Assembly: GCA_050613775.1 (NCBI GenBank)
Contig: JBODTK010000108.1
Coordinates: forward strand, 1 to 64,000
Length of the DNA: 64,000 bases
Source of the DNA: Neocallimastix sp. 'constans'
Taxonomy: Eukaryota
Direction of reading: 5' to 3'
In this document: piece by piece, positions 1 through 14,295 of the stretch
Layout: every line of letters begins with the position of its first letter
Position numbering within the stretch: the stretch's first letter is position 1
The notes under the pieces: model-generated
Database searches by the model: none
What the model saw: the letters and a program-made list of their open reading frames with translations, nothing else
What the model was told of the DNA's origin: nothing
Program-made: the position numbers and the translations under genes

Positions 1-1475
1 GTACAAATTGAATAAAAATAAAATAAAATAAAATAAAATAAAATAAAATAAAATAAAATAAAATAAAATAAAATAAAATAAAATAAAATAAAATAAAATA
101 AAATAAAATAAAATTAATAGTAGAATATTAAATATAAAGTACAAATTGAATAAAATAAAATAAAATAAAATAAAATAAAATAAAATAAAATAAAATAAAA
201 TAAAATAAAATAAAATAAAATAAAATAAAATAAAATAAAATAAAATAAAATAAAATAAAATAAAATAAAATAAAATAAAATAAAATAAAATAAAATAAAA
301 TAAAATAAAATAAAATTAATAGTAGAATATTAAATATAAAGTACAAATTGAATAAAATAAAATAAAATAAAATAAAATAAAATAAAATTAATAGTAGAAT
401 ATTAAATATAAAGTACAAATTGAATAAAATAAAATAAAATAAAATAAAATAAAATAAAATAAAATAAAATAAATAAAATAAAATAAAATAAAATAAAATA
501 AAATAAATAAAATAAAATAAAATTAATAGTAGAATATTAAATATAAAGTACAAATTGAATAAAATAAATAATAAAATAAAATAAAATAAAATAAAATAAA
601 ATAAAATAAAATAAAATAAAATAAAATAAAATAAAATAAAATAAAATAAAATAAAATAAAATAAAATAAAATAAAATAAAATAAAATAAAATAAAATAAA
701 ATAAAATAAAATAAAATAAAATAAAATTAATAGTAGAATATTAAATATAAAGTACAAATTGAATAAAATAAAATAAAATAAAATAAAATAAAATAAAATA
801 AAATAAAATAAAATAAAATAAAATAAAATAAAATAAAATAAAATAAAATAAAATAAAATAAAATAAAATAAAATAAAATAAAATAAAATAAAATAAAATA
901 AAATAAAATAAAATAAAATAAAATAAAATTAATAGTAGAATATTAAATATAAAGTACAAATTGAATAAAATAAAATAAAATAAAATAAAATAAAATAAAA
1001 TAAAATTAATAGTAGAATATTAAATATAAAGTACAAATTGAATAAAATAAAATAAAATAAAATAAAATAAAATAAAATAAAATAAAATAAAATAAAATAA
1101 AATAAAATAAAATAAAATAAAATAAAATAAAATAAAATAAAATAAAATAAAATAAAATAAAATAAAATAAAATAAAATAAAATAAAATAAAATAAAATAA
1201 AATAAAATAAAATAAAATAAAATAAAATAAAATAAAATAAAATAAAATAAAATAAAATAAAATAAAATAAAATAAAATAAAATAAAATAATAAAATAAAA
1301 TAAAATAAAATTAATAGTAGAATATTAAATATAAAGTACAAATTGAATAAAATAAAATAAAATAAAATAAAATAAAATAAAATAAAATAAAATAAAATAA
1401 AATAAAATAAAATAAAATAAATAGTAGAATATTAAATATAAAGTACAAATTGAATAAAATAAAATAAAATAAAAA
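1..1475. repeat. Composite satellite: (AAAAT)n tracts of variable length punctuated by a conserved ~35-bp unit (TTAATAGTAGAATATTAAATATAAAGTACAAATTG)
   Basis: The unit recurs near 114, 316, 388, 523, 727, 929, 1006, 1311 and 1421, with a partial copy at 1. The (FYFIL)n ORFs are artefacts of the repeat. The array runs off the left edge. Confidence 0.95.
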
Positions 1476-1738
1476 ATTAAGATTTTATAAGTGTAATTCT
1501 TTGTTAGAAATGTTGAAATAATTAATCCTAATGAACTATTTTATAATGACCAATTTATTTTTTAATTTCAATATGACTTTTTTCTTAATTTTTTTTTTTA
1601 AATAAAAAAAGTATAATAAAAACTATTATATATTAAAAAATAGATAACTAATAACTAATAAATTATATGAACAAAATAAAATATATAATAGCAATACATG
1701 TGATTTTAACACGTGTCAAAATAAATGATATGCGGGAC

Positions 1739-3154
1739 GGGAGTATTGCATTTCGACATAATTTATGTTTGATTATTTATACATGTATTACAATGTGGCT
1801 TGTAAAAATAAATGAATAGGAATAGGGTTAAATTTATTTTTGTTTTTATTTTTATTTTTAAATTTAATTTTAATAACATTTACAGTAAAAATATATATAT
1901 ATATATGTGTAAAATAAAAAAAAAAATAAATAAAAAATAAAAAAAATAAATAATAAAGTAAAATAAAAAATATAAAAAAATAAATAATAAAATAAAATAT
2001 AAAATATAAAATTAAAAAAGAATGAAAGTAAATATAATAATATTATTATAGTTACACCAAAAATTTTGCATTGTGATTTTGAAAAAAGTATATCCAATGC
2101 TTCCATTAAAATATTTCATAATATTACTACTAAATATTGTGTATTGCATTATAAAAGATCGTTAGAAGTTCAAAAAAATAAATTATGTTATAATGAAGTT
2201 GAAAATAATCATAAGATTTATTTGTTATATAAAGCTATTACAAATTTTCCTTTTATAAATCCTGAATATATATTTGATATTTATAATCATATTAAAATTA
2301 TATGTCAAATATATAATTATTTCAATTTTTTAAATTTCTTGGAATATTTTAATAAGACTTATATAAATATGATATTCAATATTGGAATTATTATAACGAT
2401 ATAAACCACATAACAAATAATGCTTCAGAATCTTTTAACAATTACTTAAAAAAATTGTTTTACAAAAAACCTTCTTTATATGAATTGATTTATCATTTAA
2501 AAAGAGAAGAATCTTTATCTTACAATAATTACAAAAGGAAAATTGAAGGAGTTTGGAAAAAAAAGAAGAATATTAACAAAAACTGATGAAATCAATAATT
2601 TCATTAAAAAATACAAAAAAAAAGGAATCCGAATTGATTGATAAAAAATGTGATAAAAATGATATCATTGATTTATGATATAAATGTTTAATAGAATTAA
2701 ACACACTCTAAATTTATAAATAATAATTAACTAGAATATATATAGTTTAAATTATATTTATATCAATATCAATATATTTTATTAATATTAATAATAATAA
2801 ATATTTAATATTATATATTCTATTATTTAATTAATTTAATAATAAAATATATAATTTTATTTATTTTATTTAAATAAAATAAAATGGAAAGGTTTTATTA
2901 TTAAAATATTTAATAATAAAATATAATAATAAAATAAAATTAAAAAAAAATAAAAATAAAAATAAAATAAAATTCTTAACAGAAAACTTATTTATTCTTT
3001 TATTTATTCTTTTTTGTTTTTATTTTATTTTTTAATGCTAAAATACAATAAATAAAAATATACGTTGAAAATAGTGGCGTATTACATATATTTTACACAT
3101 TGTACAAATATTTATGATGATTATACATAAATTATGTCGAAATGCTTCACATTC
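1739..3154 (+). mobile_element. Non-autonomous Mutator-like (MULE) DNA transposon
   Basis: Perfect 21-bp inverted repeat GCATTTCGACATAATTTATGT (1748-1768) / ACATAAATTATGTCGAAATGC (3125-3145). Each copy lies 9 bp inside an exact 9-bp direct repeat ATGCGGGAC (1730-1738, 3155-3163). An internal MULE-type transposase fragment is present. Confidence 0.88.
2050..2720 (+). pseudogene. MULE transposase C-terminal fragment (frameshifted)
   Basis: HCDFEKSISNA...YCVLHYKRSL resembles the MULE D-F-E...CxFH region. After a frameshift it continues HITNNASESFNNYLK (~2408-2450), the TNNxxESFN motif carrying the catalytic E. Confidence 0.8.
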
Positions 3155-3741
3155 ATGCGGGACTTTCATGTGCAATAATTTATAAGTAGTGGGTTTTTTA
3201 AAAAATGGTTGTTTAATAAAATTTATTAATAAAATTATAATATTCGTACAATTAAAATAATTCTAATTCCTAAAATTTTACATCTATTTCTAATATAAAT
3301 AATTTAATCTATTTATAAGAAATAGGTAATATATTAATTATATATTCTAATATATAGAACTATATTAATTTTATATTAATTAAAGTATTATAATTATTAT
3401 AATATAATGATACATTATTGAAATAAAATAAAATAAAATAAAATAAAATAAAATAAAATAAAATAAAATAAAATAATTATTATCAAAAAGATATAAATTT
3501 AATAATTATTATTAAATATACAAATATGTTACTGCACATATTTGTTTTATATCATAAAATCTATAGAATTCTATATTCCCTAGTGAATTAAACTTTTTCT
3601 AACAATTCATTTAATGAGTAATTTATTTATATCTTTGTTTAATAAATATAAAAATATATAATTAAAATATTTATATAATATTATTATAACGTCTTGTACA
3701 ATTATATTAATCATAATTCAGAATGTCATATGATATTTAAA

Positions 3742-4350
3742 AAATAATAAATAATTAAATAATTAAATAATAAATAATAAATAATTAAATAATTAAATAA
3801 TAAATAATAATAAATAAATAATAAATAATAAATAATAAATAATAAATAATAAATAATTAAATAATTAAATAATAAATAATTAAATAATAAATAATAAATA
3901 ATAATAAATAAAAAATAAAAAAAAAAATAAATAATAAATAATAAATAATTAAATAATTAAATAATTAAATAATAAATAATAAATAATAAATAATTAAATA
4001 ATAATAAATAATAAATAATAAAAGATAAATAATAAATAATAAATAATAAATAATAAATAATAAATAAATAATAATAAATAAAAAATAAATAATAAATAAT
4101 AAATAATAATAAGAGTATTTATTAATAAATAATGGAATAATAAATAATAAATAATAGATAATAAATAATAAATAATAAATAATAAATAATAAATAATGAA
4201 TAATAAATAATAAATAATAAATAATAAATAATAAATAATTAAATAATTAAATAATAAATAATAAATAATAAATAATTAAATAATAAATAATTAAATAATA
4301 AATAATTAAATAATAAATAATTAAATAATAAATAATTAAATAATAAATAT
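3742..4350. repeat. (AATAATA/AATAATTA)n heptamer/octamer minisatellite
   Basis: Direct tandem repetition of AAATAAT(T) units. Confidence 0.9.
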
Positions 4351-5234
4351 TTGGTACTTCTAAAAATGTTTTTTTTCTTTGATACGATTAAAATAGTTAT
4401 TTTCTTTGATACTTCTAAAATTGTTATTTTTCTTAACATATATATTGATAATAATTACGGTTTATTAAATTTTTATATATTTAATAAGATTTATTGAACT
4501 AAATAAAAAATAATTTAATATAATTAATTAAACTATTATATCATATAATTTATTATTTTATAATATAATAAATTCTCTCATATATTATTTAAAATTAATT
4601 ATTTTAACTTTTTTACCAAAAAAATTTTTTTCATAAATTTTTATAATGTACAATTAGTATAAATTAAATAAAATAAATATATCATAGATAATATATTGTA
4701 ATATATTGTAATATATTATGGATATTAATTACACAAATACCAAAAATGGAAAACTTTTTTTAAAAACTATATAAATTTTTATTTTATTTATATGTCATAT
4801 GTATAAGCATATATAAATGGAAATATATTAAAAAAATGAAGTAAAATAATTACAATAAAAAAATAAATATAATTACAATAAAATAAATAATAAATGTTTT
4901 TGTTGTAATAATCATTATCATAATCTATAATAATTGATTAATAATAATGAATAATTAAAATATTTATGAACAAGAATAATCATTTATTAATAATAATAAA
5001 TAAAATTTACAACAAAAACATTTGTTCAATTTTTTTTTGAAAAAAAAGAACCCTTTTTAATTATGTATAATAACAAAATAATTTATTAAATTTTTATTTT
5101 ATTTTTTATTTCTGTCTTAACTTCATTTTATTTTAATTTTTATTAAACGCCTGTTAATTATAAATATAATTCTATTTTTAATTAATAATATATATTTCTT
5201 ATTAACTGTTTTAACAATAAATAAAATTAGAAAA

Positions 5235-5282
<48 letters not shown>

Positions 5283-6070
5283 AAATTTAATTTTAAATAG
5301 AAAAAAAGATTAATAATTTTTATATGAATTCTTAGTTAGGTTGGTCAAAGTGCTTTTACCAAAGGAATAATGCTGAGAACAAAAGAAAAAAAAAAGGATT
5401 TGATTAAAAATATATATTTAATTAAAAATTAAATTAATGACATAATTCAAAAAAAAAAAAAAATAAAAATAAAAAATTAAAATAGAATATTAATGAAATT
5501 AAAAAATTCATTTTATTTTTTTATATAAAAAAGTCATACTCTTTTTAATGTCATCTTTTATTTTATTTTTTTTTTTTTTATAAATATATAAATATATATT
5601 TTTATGAAAACGGTATTTTCCTTTTTTTTTTTTTTTTTTTTTTTTTTTTCTTTTTTTCCTTGTTTTTCTTCTTATTTTTTTAAGTTTTTTTAAATAATTA
5701 ACGGCTACTTCATAATTTATTATTTAATAATAAATAGTATATTTTTATTATAAATTAATTTTTAAATATATATATATAATTTTAAAGATTTTATATTTAA
5801 TATTTTATTTTATTTATTTATTTATTTATTTATTATATTTTAAATTTCACGAAACTGTTATTTATAGTTTTGTAATGATTGATTATTATTATTAGATTAT
5901 TATTTATTCATCTATTTACTAATTATATCTACTTTATCTATTTATCTAGACATTTATTTATTTATTTACTCAATAATTATTAATAATTATTTTGTATCTT
6001 TTTTATAATTAATTCATTGTACTATATTATGTAATAAAATAGATAGAACGAAATTTAAGTATGTTATTTA

Positions 6071-6200
6071 AATTTAATTATATAAAATATATATATTACC
6101 TTATATTTTATATCATATTAAAAATATATGTATGATATTTAAATTTAATTATATAAAATATATATATTACCTTATATTTTATATCATATTAAAAATATAT
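6071..6200. repeat. ~70-bp tandem duplication
   Basis: AAATTTAATTATATAAAATATATATATTACCTTATATTTTTATATCATATTAAAAATATAT occurs at 6071 and 6141. Confidence 0.85.
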
Positions 6201-7789
6201 TAATTAATTAAATAATACTTTCTAAAAAAAGAAATGGGCATATATTAAAATAAAATTTTTTATATATTAAATTTTATATAATTCTATTTATTTTTATGTA
6301 ACAATAATAAAAACTATATATTATTCTTATTTTATTTATATTTTTTATTTAATATAATTCAATTCAATTCAAGGAATGAAAAAGAAAAGTAATAAAATTT
6401 GTATAAAAAAATTAAGGAATTAATATATGTGATTGTTGATATTTGATAATATGATATATTTTTCTTTTTTTTTTTTCTTTTTTTCTTTTTTTTAAAAAAA
6501 ACTTCCTAAATTATTTAAAAAAAAAAAAAAATCAATCTTTAAATTACGAAATTGAACCATATAAATAATTAAGAAAAAAAAAAAAAACATACTTTTATTG
6601 ATAAAAAAAGAAAAAAAAATATATTTTTTAATTAAAAATTTATAAATACTATATTTCAGTTTTATTATAACTTATTGATTTAATATAAAAAATATATAAT
6701 ATACAAATCTGTAAATTTAATTAAATAATTTTTCATTATTATACAATAAATATATAATATACCTTTTTAAAAAAAAAAAAAAAAAGAAAAAGAGAGGAAA
6801 GAAATAAGTAATAAAAGAAAATAAAAAGAGAATATATAAAAAAAATATTTTATTTAATAATTTAATTACAAACTTTTTTTTATAATGGTAAAAATATAAA
6901 AAATTTAATTTTTTTTTTTTTTGACAAATCTTAATTTGTTTTTACGTATATTTTTTAAATATTTAATTAATGTTTCTATTAATAATTATTATTAATAACA
7001 TATATTAATTTAAATAAAGTTTTATCTTTTATTGTTATTATTATTATTAGAACTTCAAAATAATTATAATTATAAAAATTAATCATATTTGGAAATATTA
7101 TTTTATTAAATAGAAATAAATTTTAGTAGAACATTTATTTATTATTATTATTTTAATTTTTATTAGGAAGATTAGGAAGATAAAGATAAATTAATTTAAT
7201 TTATATCAAATAATATAAAATACCTATTTATAAATATCCGTTCTTTTTAAATTAAAGGTAATAATTATTATTATTTTTTATTTTTAATGTTAAATTAAAA
7301 TTATAAAAATATAAAACAAAATATTCTTTTAATTGATACAATATACTGTTAAATATTTTTTTAAAAATAAATAAAATTTATATAATTCTATTGATTTTTA
7401 AAGTAAAATATTCAAAATCTGTAATATACCTTTAAGAGATTATATAATTAATTTAAATAAACAACAAAAATAAATTAAAAAAAAATAACAACATAATTAG
7501 AATCAAAAATCATTATATATTTAAATGTATTAATAATTTATTGTATATTAAAATATCTTATAATAGGTAATTATTAATAATACATATATAATATATAAAT
7601 AAGAATAGTATCTTTTTGTTAAATTATTGTTATTAACTAAATAATTTATAATTAATAATAAAATATAATAAATAAACTTCATAATTTAATCAATTTTTAT
7701 ATTACTTTTTTTTTTATTTTTTATATATATGTTATATATATTTATATATTTATACTTTATTAATTATCATTCTTTAATACATAAAGAAA

Positions 7790-8783
7790 ATGAAGAAAAA
7801 TAGTTTAAATTTAAAATTCATAATATTATTTATATCGGTGTATATTTCATTAGTATATGCAGATAATATAAGAATACCAGGATTTAAATGGGAAAAAGTT
7901 GATGTTGTATCAAATGTTGGAGATGATTTACCAGAAGAAAGAAAAGACTATGCCATAGGTTATAGTACTGACCAAGATGAAATTATTATTTTTGGTGGAA
8001 GGTATTAATAAAAATAAAGTTTTTTAAAAAAAAGTAGAATAATTGTTATGGTTTATATTTAAATAAAAATTTTTTATTATTATAATAGAATAATAAAATT
8101 AATATTTTTATATTTATTATCAGTTTTTATTTTTGTATTTTAATTATAAAATATTTTAATATTTATGCACTGTCTTTATTTCTGTATTTTAATTATATTT
8201 AATTTTTTTTAATTTAGTATTAGTGAAATTTTGTTTTTATAATAATAAAATCTTAACAAAATATTTATATTTATAATTGTTTTATTGTCATAATTATTAT
8301 ATACATTACATTATATACATTACGTTATTACTATTATTATATAATAAAGAACGGTTGATAATAGGATATTGAGTGATACATGGATATTTAATTTAAATCA
8401 ACGTTCATGGAGAAAACCAATGTTGGTTAGAACAGAAGCTGATCCTCATCCACCGGGTCGTTATGGTATGGTATATGGTAATGACCAACCACCATCAAAT
8501 TCTTTTCGTAATGCATTCGTCATTACTCATGGTAAAGGTTTAGACGAAAAAATTTATAATGATGTATGGAGTTTTGATTTTATACGAGAATGTTGGATAG
8601 AAATAAAGGCTACAGGTAAAAAGATAATGATAATGATAAAAGATAATATTAATAATAATAGTATTAATATTAGTAGATAAAATAGTAGATATATTAATTT
8701 TTAATAAAAATAATTTAAAAAGCTACTTTTTCAAAAATGTATTTATTATATTAATAATTTTAAATAAAAATATTTTAATTTTC

Positions 8784-8816
<33 letters not shown>

Positions 8817-9637
8817 TATAAGGTAATGCACCGGAACCAAGATATAATGCCATTGGTGGTATTGATTTAACAAAAATGGCTCATTTAAATCAATTGTCTG
8901 CAGAGTATTTAATTTTCAGTCATGGAAAAAATGATCAAAAATATTTTACAGATACTTATATATTGAAATTAGATGGTAGAAGTCAACAAGGTGATTATTC
9001 TCAATTAACAGCAGAATGGATAAAATTAAATACAAATCATGCCCCTTCTTTAAAAGAAGGTGTCACTGGTAATGTACTTTCAAGTGATCGTTTGGTAGCC
9101 TTTGGTGGATGTGAAGAAAATGGAAATTGTGATGGTAAAGGTTACTATTTAGATATTAATTTTGATTATTTTAGAACTACCGTTGAACCTGAAGCAACTT
9201 GGAAAGAAGTAAAAAATGAGTGTATAAGGCCAAAGGCCTATGCTGCTTCTGTTCGAGGTTCTGATCTTAGTGTTTCAGATACTGTTGAAAATGATCGTCT
9301 TATTATATTTGGAGGCTTAACAGAAAAGAAATATGGTTCTGATGCGGATGGTGAAATTTCTATTTTTGATATGGACAAGGTAAAAAAAAAAAAAATAAAA
9401 ATAAAATTAAAAAATATTAAAATATAAAATTAAAATATATAATTTAATATCAAATAAAAATATAAAATTAAAATATAAAATTAAATAAATAATTTAATAT
9501 CAAATAAAAATATAAAATTAAAATATAAAATTAAATATAAAATTGAAATTGAATATATATATATTTATATATATTATTAATAATAAATGATTATAAACAT
9601 AGATAATTTTGTATAATTATTTTATAAGTTATAATTT

Positions 9638-9670
<33 letters not shown>

Positions 9671-11938
9671 GAATATACACAACGAATATACATAATAAAT
9701 AATATTATATAAGTTTGTTACTTATTTTTTTATATATTAATATATCTTTTTTTTTTTTTTTTTTTTTTTTTTTACATTTTTTTATAGCAAAAATTCTTTG
9801 GAGTTCAGCCTTCTTCAAGTAATAATAATGAATTTCCAAAAGCAACTAAAGGAGCTAAAATGGTTGCTACAGCTCCTAAAAGTGGCGATACAAATGGTTT
9901 TTCAGTTATATTTTATGGTGGTGAACCTATTAATGATGATCAATGGTCAACAAATATATGGAAACTTAATGTTTACGTCAATAATTTTTCTTATTACCCT
10001 ACACCACCTGAAGGTGTTACAATGACTAGTTGTTATACCATAAAAGAGGTTACAGGAGATAATAATTTTAATGGAGATCGTGATTCACCATCAACTGAAA
10101 ATGAAAGTATGGGATCTTTAATATTATTTGTATTATTATTAATTACTTTACCAGCTTTAATTATTGTTTCAAGAGCTTTAAATTGTTTTACCGAAAAATG
10201 GAAGATTATTTTCTTAACCCTTGGTGCTCTTAATCTTGTTTTAATGATTTTCTGTTTTATCTTTTCTTCCAATTTTAAACAATCTATTTTAATCATGAAA
10301 ATTGTTCTTGCTTGTTTATTAATAGCTTATATGGTCTTCCCATTCGTTAGACCTAAGCAACCAGGTATTGACTTTAGTCAAGGAAAAGAAGTTAATGCTG
10401 CTGGTGTTCCAGTAGAAGATATTGAAGAAAAGAATAAAAAGAAATTAGGCAATTCTTCTTCGTCTTCACTTTTAATCGATTCTGAACTGAGAAATAATCA
10501 AGCAGCTTCTGAAATTAATGGAAGAAATAATAATAGTGCCCAGAGAGCAGAAATAAAACAACTTACTATTGATAGTAAATATGGTGAAACAAATATAAAT
10601 ATTGATAAAAAAGTAAATGATTCTGAAAAAAGAGAATCTTTTCTTTCGCCAATATTTATTAATCCCAATGTAAAAGAAGAAGCAGGGGATGATGATGAAG
10701 CTGAAGAGTCTGAAATTGAAGATGAAGATGAAGTTATTAAGAAACAATATTTATCACGTGCTAAAATTTGGTTAAATATGTTAAGAATCATTGGTGTACT
10801 AACATTAATTGGTTTAATTATTTTTGCTCTCTTAGTAACCTCCTCTAACAAATCTAAACTTTATGATAAAAAAATATTTATTTATATTTGGATTGCGTTG
10901 GTTATTATCTTGTATATTGTTGCCTTTGTTATTGCCATGAAAAAGCATGCTTCTATGGCCTTATTAAGAGCAAGAAGAATTTCTTTCCGTCCAAGTGATC
11001 CTTTAGAACCAAATCATGCCACTTCATGGTCCTTACCAGCAGATCAAATGAAACGTTTCAGTATGATTAGTGAAAATAGTTATGGTAAGACAAGTGCCTT
11101 TGATGATATTGGAAATGTTTCAAATTATACTCAAAGTGTTAGAAATTATAATAACGCGAATACAGCTCCAAGTACCACCAATACGAATGTACCTGTGATT
11201 AATGGTTCAAATGGTAGTAATGTTTCTCCAACCGTAAGTTACGCTATTCCTCCATTACCGGTAACTCCTGTTTTTATGAATAATAATGGTCTTTTCTCTG
11301 TTCAATCAAATTATAATTATCCAAATCAAAATCAAGATCAAGTTCCATCCTCTTCATCAATGGTTAATCAAATGACTTCTGAAATGATTAATATTCCAAC
11401 TTCAGACTATCAATCCTATAAAGATATTAACAGTAGTGGTCAAGTTTTAAATGTAAATAATAATCCTAATAATAACAATAATAATATAAATATTAATAAT
11501 AATGAAAAATATTCAACTTCTTCCTCTGTTCATTCTTTCAATCCTAAAGAAGAAAAGATAAATAATGGAGGTTTACTATTTTCATTACCTTCTTCATCAA
11601 ATCTCTTACCATCATCAGTTATTATTACGAATAATAATAATAATGGATCAATAACCACTGTATCAAATTCAAATATCACTAATCCAAGTCCTCAATCTCA
11701 AGTTCAGCTTTTATCTCAAAATCAAAATCAAAATCAATATATAATACCAGGTCAAAATCAATCAAATAATTCCTCTCCTATATTAGAAGAATCATCAATA
11801 CCAATTAATATGGATATAGAACAAGTAGGTAATTTAGATTTCCCACAACGTAATAATACAATAGAAGATATGAATGATAAAGAAGTCATGATGGTCATGA
11901 CTGTCCCTAAAAGAAAATTAGCAGTTGTAAATATGTAG
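7790..11938 (+). CDS. Signal peptide + Kelch-repeat ectodomain + multi-pass transmembrane protein with long low-complexity tail; exons 7790-8001, 8350-8615, 8823-9379, 9788-11938
   Basis: Hydrophobic N-terminus. Kelch motifs IIIFGG, SDTWIF, PPGRYG, NDVWSF, LVAFGG, LIIFGG, IFYGG. About 5 hydrophobic segments. The GT-AG introns keep the frame. The protein ends MMVMTVPKRKLAVVNM. Confidence 0.85.
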
Positions 11939-12066
11939 ACCTTTTTTTTTTAAAAAAAAAAAAAAAAAAAAAAGGGGAAAAATTGATAAAAAAAAATTAG
12001 TTAAATAAAATTTTTTAAAGTAAAATAATATAATATAGTTGGTAAATTAAATTAAATATATTAGTA

Positions 12067-12105
<39 letters not shown>

Positions 12106-12809
12106 AAAAATTAGTAGATTAAATTAATAAAATAATTATTTGATTAAATAAATAAATAAATAAATAAAATAAATATTTAATTAAAATTATTCATATTCAT
12201 AAATAATAAAACAAAAACCAAACAAACAAACAAACAAAAAAAAAAATTATTATTATAATAAATTAAAATCTCTTTAGTAAAGTTCATTTATTAAAATAAA
12301 TATCATGTGTAATGTTTTTTTTTTTATTTTATTTTTTATTTTTTTTTTAAAATTTTTATTGCTATTAACTAAAAAGATTAGAAAAAAAAAAAATATATAT
12401 ATATATATTTATTCATTATACTTTTTTTTATATATATATATTTATTTATTTATTTCAATTTTATTTAAATATTTTTGATGTACTGTATACTTCATTTTTT
12501 ATTTATTTTAATAATATATTATGCTTTTTATACTGCCGTTAAAATCTTTATTTATAATCCTTTTAATGAATTCTATTTATCTATTTGTATATAAATTTAC
12601 TAGATGAATTTTAAAGTTTTATTATATATTTATTTTGTGATTATGAATTTTAAAGTTTTATTATTTATTTATTTTGTGATTATGGACAATATTCATATAT
12701 TCTGGCAATATTTATAATGAGGAATACTTTAAGTATTATTATTCTGTAGTTAAATAAACTTTTTTACTATATATATATATGTAATAATATATGATATAAT
12801 TTATATTTA

Positions 12810-13318
12810 ACCATTTCATCAATAGAATCAACAATTTTACCATTCCAATTTCCAATATACTATTACTGTCATTCATTTTTATTTATTTCAAAAAATTTAT
12901 AGTTTTACCATTCAAGCAGATATCTTCAGGATCATCCACATTATTTTTTTAATACAGATATATTTATTATCAACTCTCTTAAAATGAATATGATGATTTA
13001 TACGATTATTACCTTCGTTACAATTAGTATTCTAGTGGCATATATAGGCTCTCCCGTTTTATTTTATTTTATTTTATTTTATTTTATTTTATTTTATTTT
13101 TTTTTTTAATCTGAATCTTTAATTTCAGGATTTACAGAAGAACAACATGGATATCTGAAGGCATTCCAGGAACATTTCTCATGATCAATACCACATAATT
13201 TATTATGTTCTATACTCCAGTTACCAATTTCATCAACTTGTTCAACTGGTGTATTTTGAATAAGAATAACATTCAATTCCAAGTCTAGCGAAATGAATAG
13301 AGCAAATTAAAATTTTAT

Positions 13319-13350
<32 letters not shown>

Positions 13351-13745
13351 AAGTTGTAAAATACCAAATCCATTAAAGCATTTTGTTGAATCAAAATTAT
13401 GAACAGATAATATTATTTTTAATAATAAAAATGTTCATATATATTTACATACTTGAATATATTATGATTCACAAGAAAAATTTAAACATTTACCATCATA
13501 TGCTGAAATAATTGAATAAATTCTATTGTCATCATTTTGTTTGACACCATATTTATTCAAAGTATTATTCAACATATCTATAATTACTTTTTACAATATC
13601 TTGTTGATTTTCTTATTCGTCAATAACTATATTACGTTGTAGACATACTATTAAATTTTCATCAGGCTCTTCACTGATAATATCTTCTCTATTCATATAT
13701 GTATGTTGGCCACTTGAATCAAAGAAATTGTTAAGAATAATAATT
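12810..13745 (-). pseudogene. Decayed gene with fungal dockerin (CBM10/NCDD) repeats and a possible ricin-B-like segment
   Basis: The minus strand reads CSIHFARLGIEC, then after a frameshift QNTPVEQVDEIGNWSIEHNKLCGIDHEKCSWNAFRYPCCSS (~13130-13300), matching the W-x-IE-N-x-x-CGI...C...YPCC dockerin pattern. Upstream is IISAYDGKCLNF. Stops and frameshifts are present. Confidence 0.7.
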
Positions 13746-13899
13746 ACAAGTTTAATTTTATTTAGTTTAGTTAAATATTATTTATATAATATGTACATGT
13801 ATAATTTGATACATATGTAATAAGGCTTGAATAACTAAATCATGTTGAAGAATAAACAAAAAAAAAAAAAAAAAAAAAAAAAAAGAATTAATAAGAAAA

Positions 13900-14257
13900 A
13901 TTAAAGTATCTGAAATTAGCAAAATAAATATGAACGACTATTTGGAAATTCCAAGGTAAAAGAACGTGTCGTTAAGCCAGAAATGTTATTCAGGTAGTGG
14001 CTGACAAAAATGAATATACAAAATATTTAATTAACAAAAAATATTTCAGATGACATAAAAAGAAGTATAGACTTTAGCTCGAATACTGCTTTTGAAATTT
14101 GAAATACATTAAGACACTTGTATCATCAAAGTAATAAAGAACAAAATTAAACATTAAAAGAAAAGTTAGAAGATTTACACTTCAAAAGGGAAGATAACAT
14201 TTCAATGTTTATATCAGATATGAACGATAAAGTTTTGGAAGTGTATTCTCTTCCCTG

Positions 14258-14295
<38 letters not shown>

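Noticed and set aside
128..1341. Hydrophobic ORFs (FYFIL)n, and similar ORFs at 4239, 16169, 29061, 37542, 42996 and 52203
   Set aside because: These are translations of microsatellites or homopolymers.
1..1475. CRISPR-like array (constant unit plus variable spacers)
   Set aside because: The spacers are only (AAAAT)n of differing length, not unique sequences. There are no cas genes and the context is eukaryotic.
5330..5390. GC-richer patch with a TTGGT...ACCAA inverted repeat, possible small RNA
   Set aside because: No tRNA or snoRNA box structure could be supported.
10033..10851. Antisense ORFs within the Kelch gene (also 21482, 25256, 25657, 50113)
   Set aside because: These are shadow ORFs opposite well-supported coding exons.
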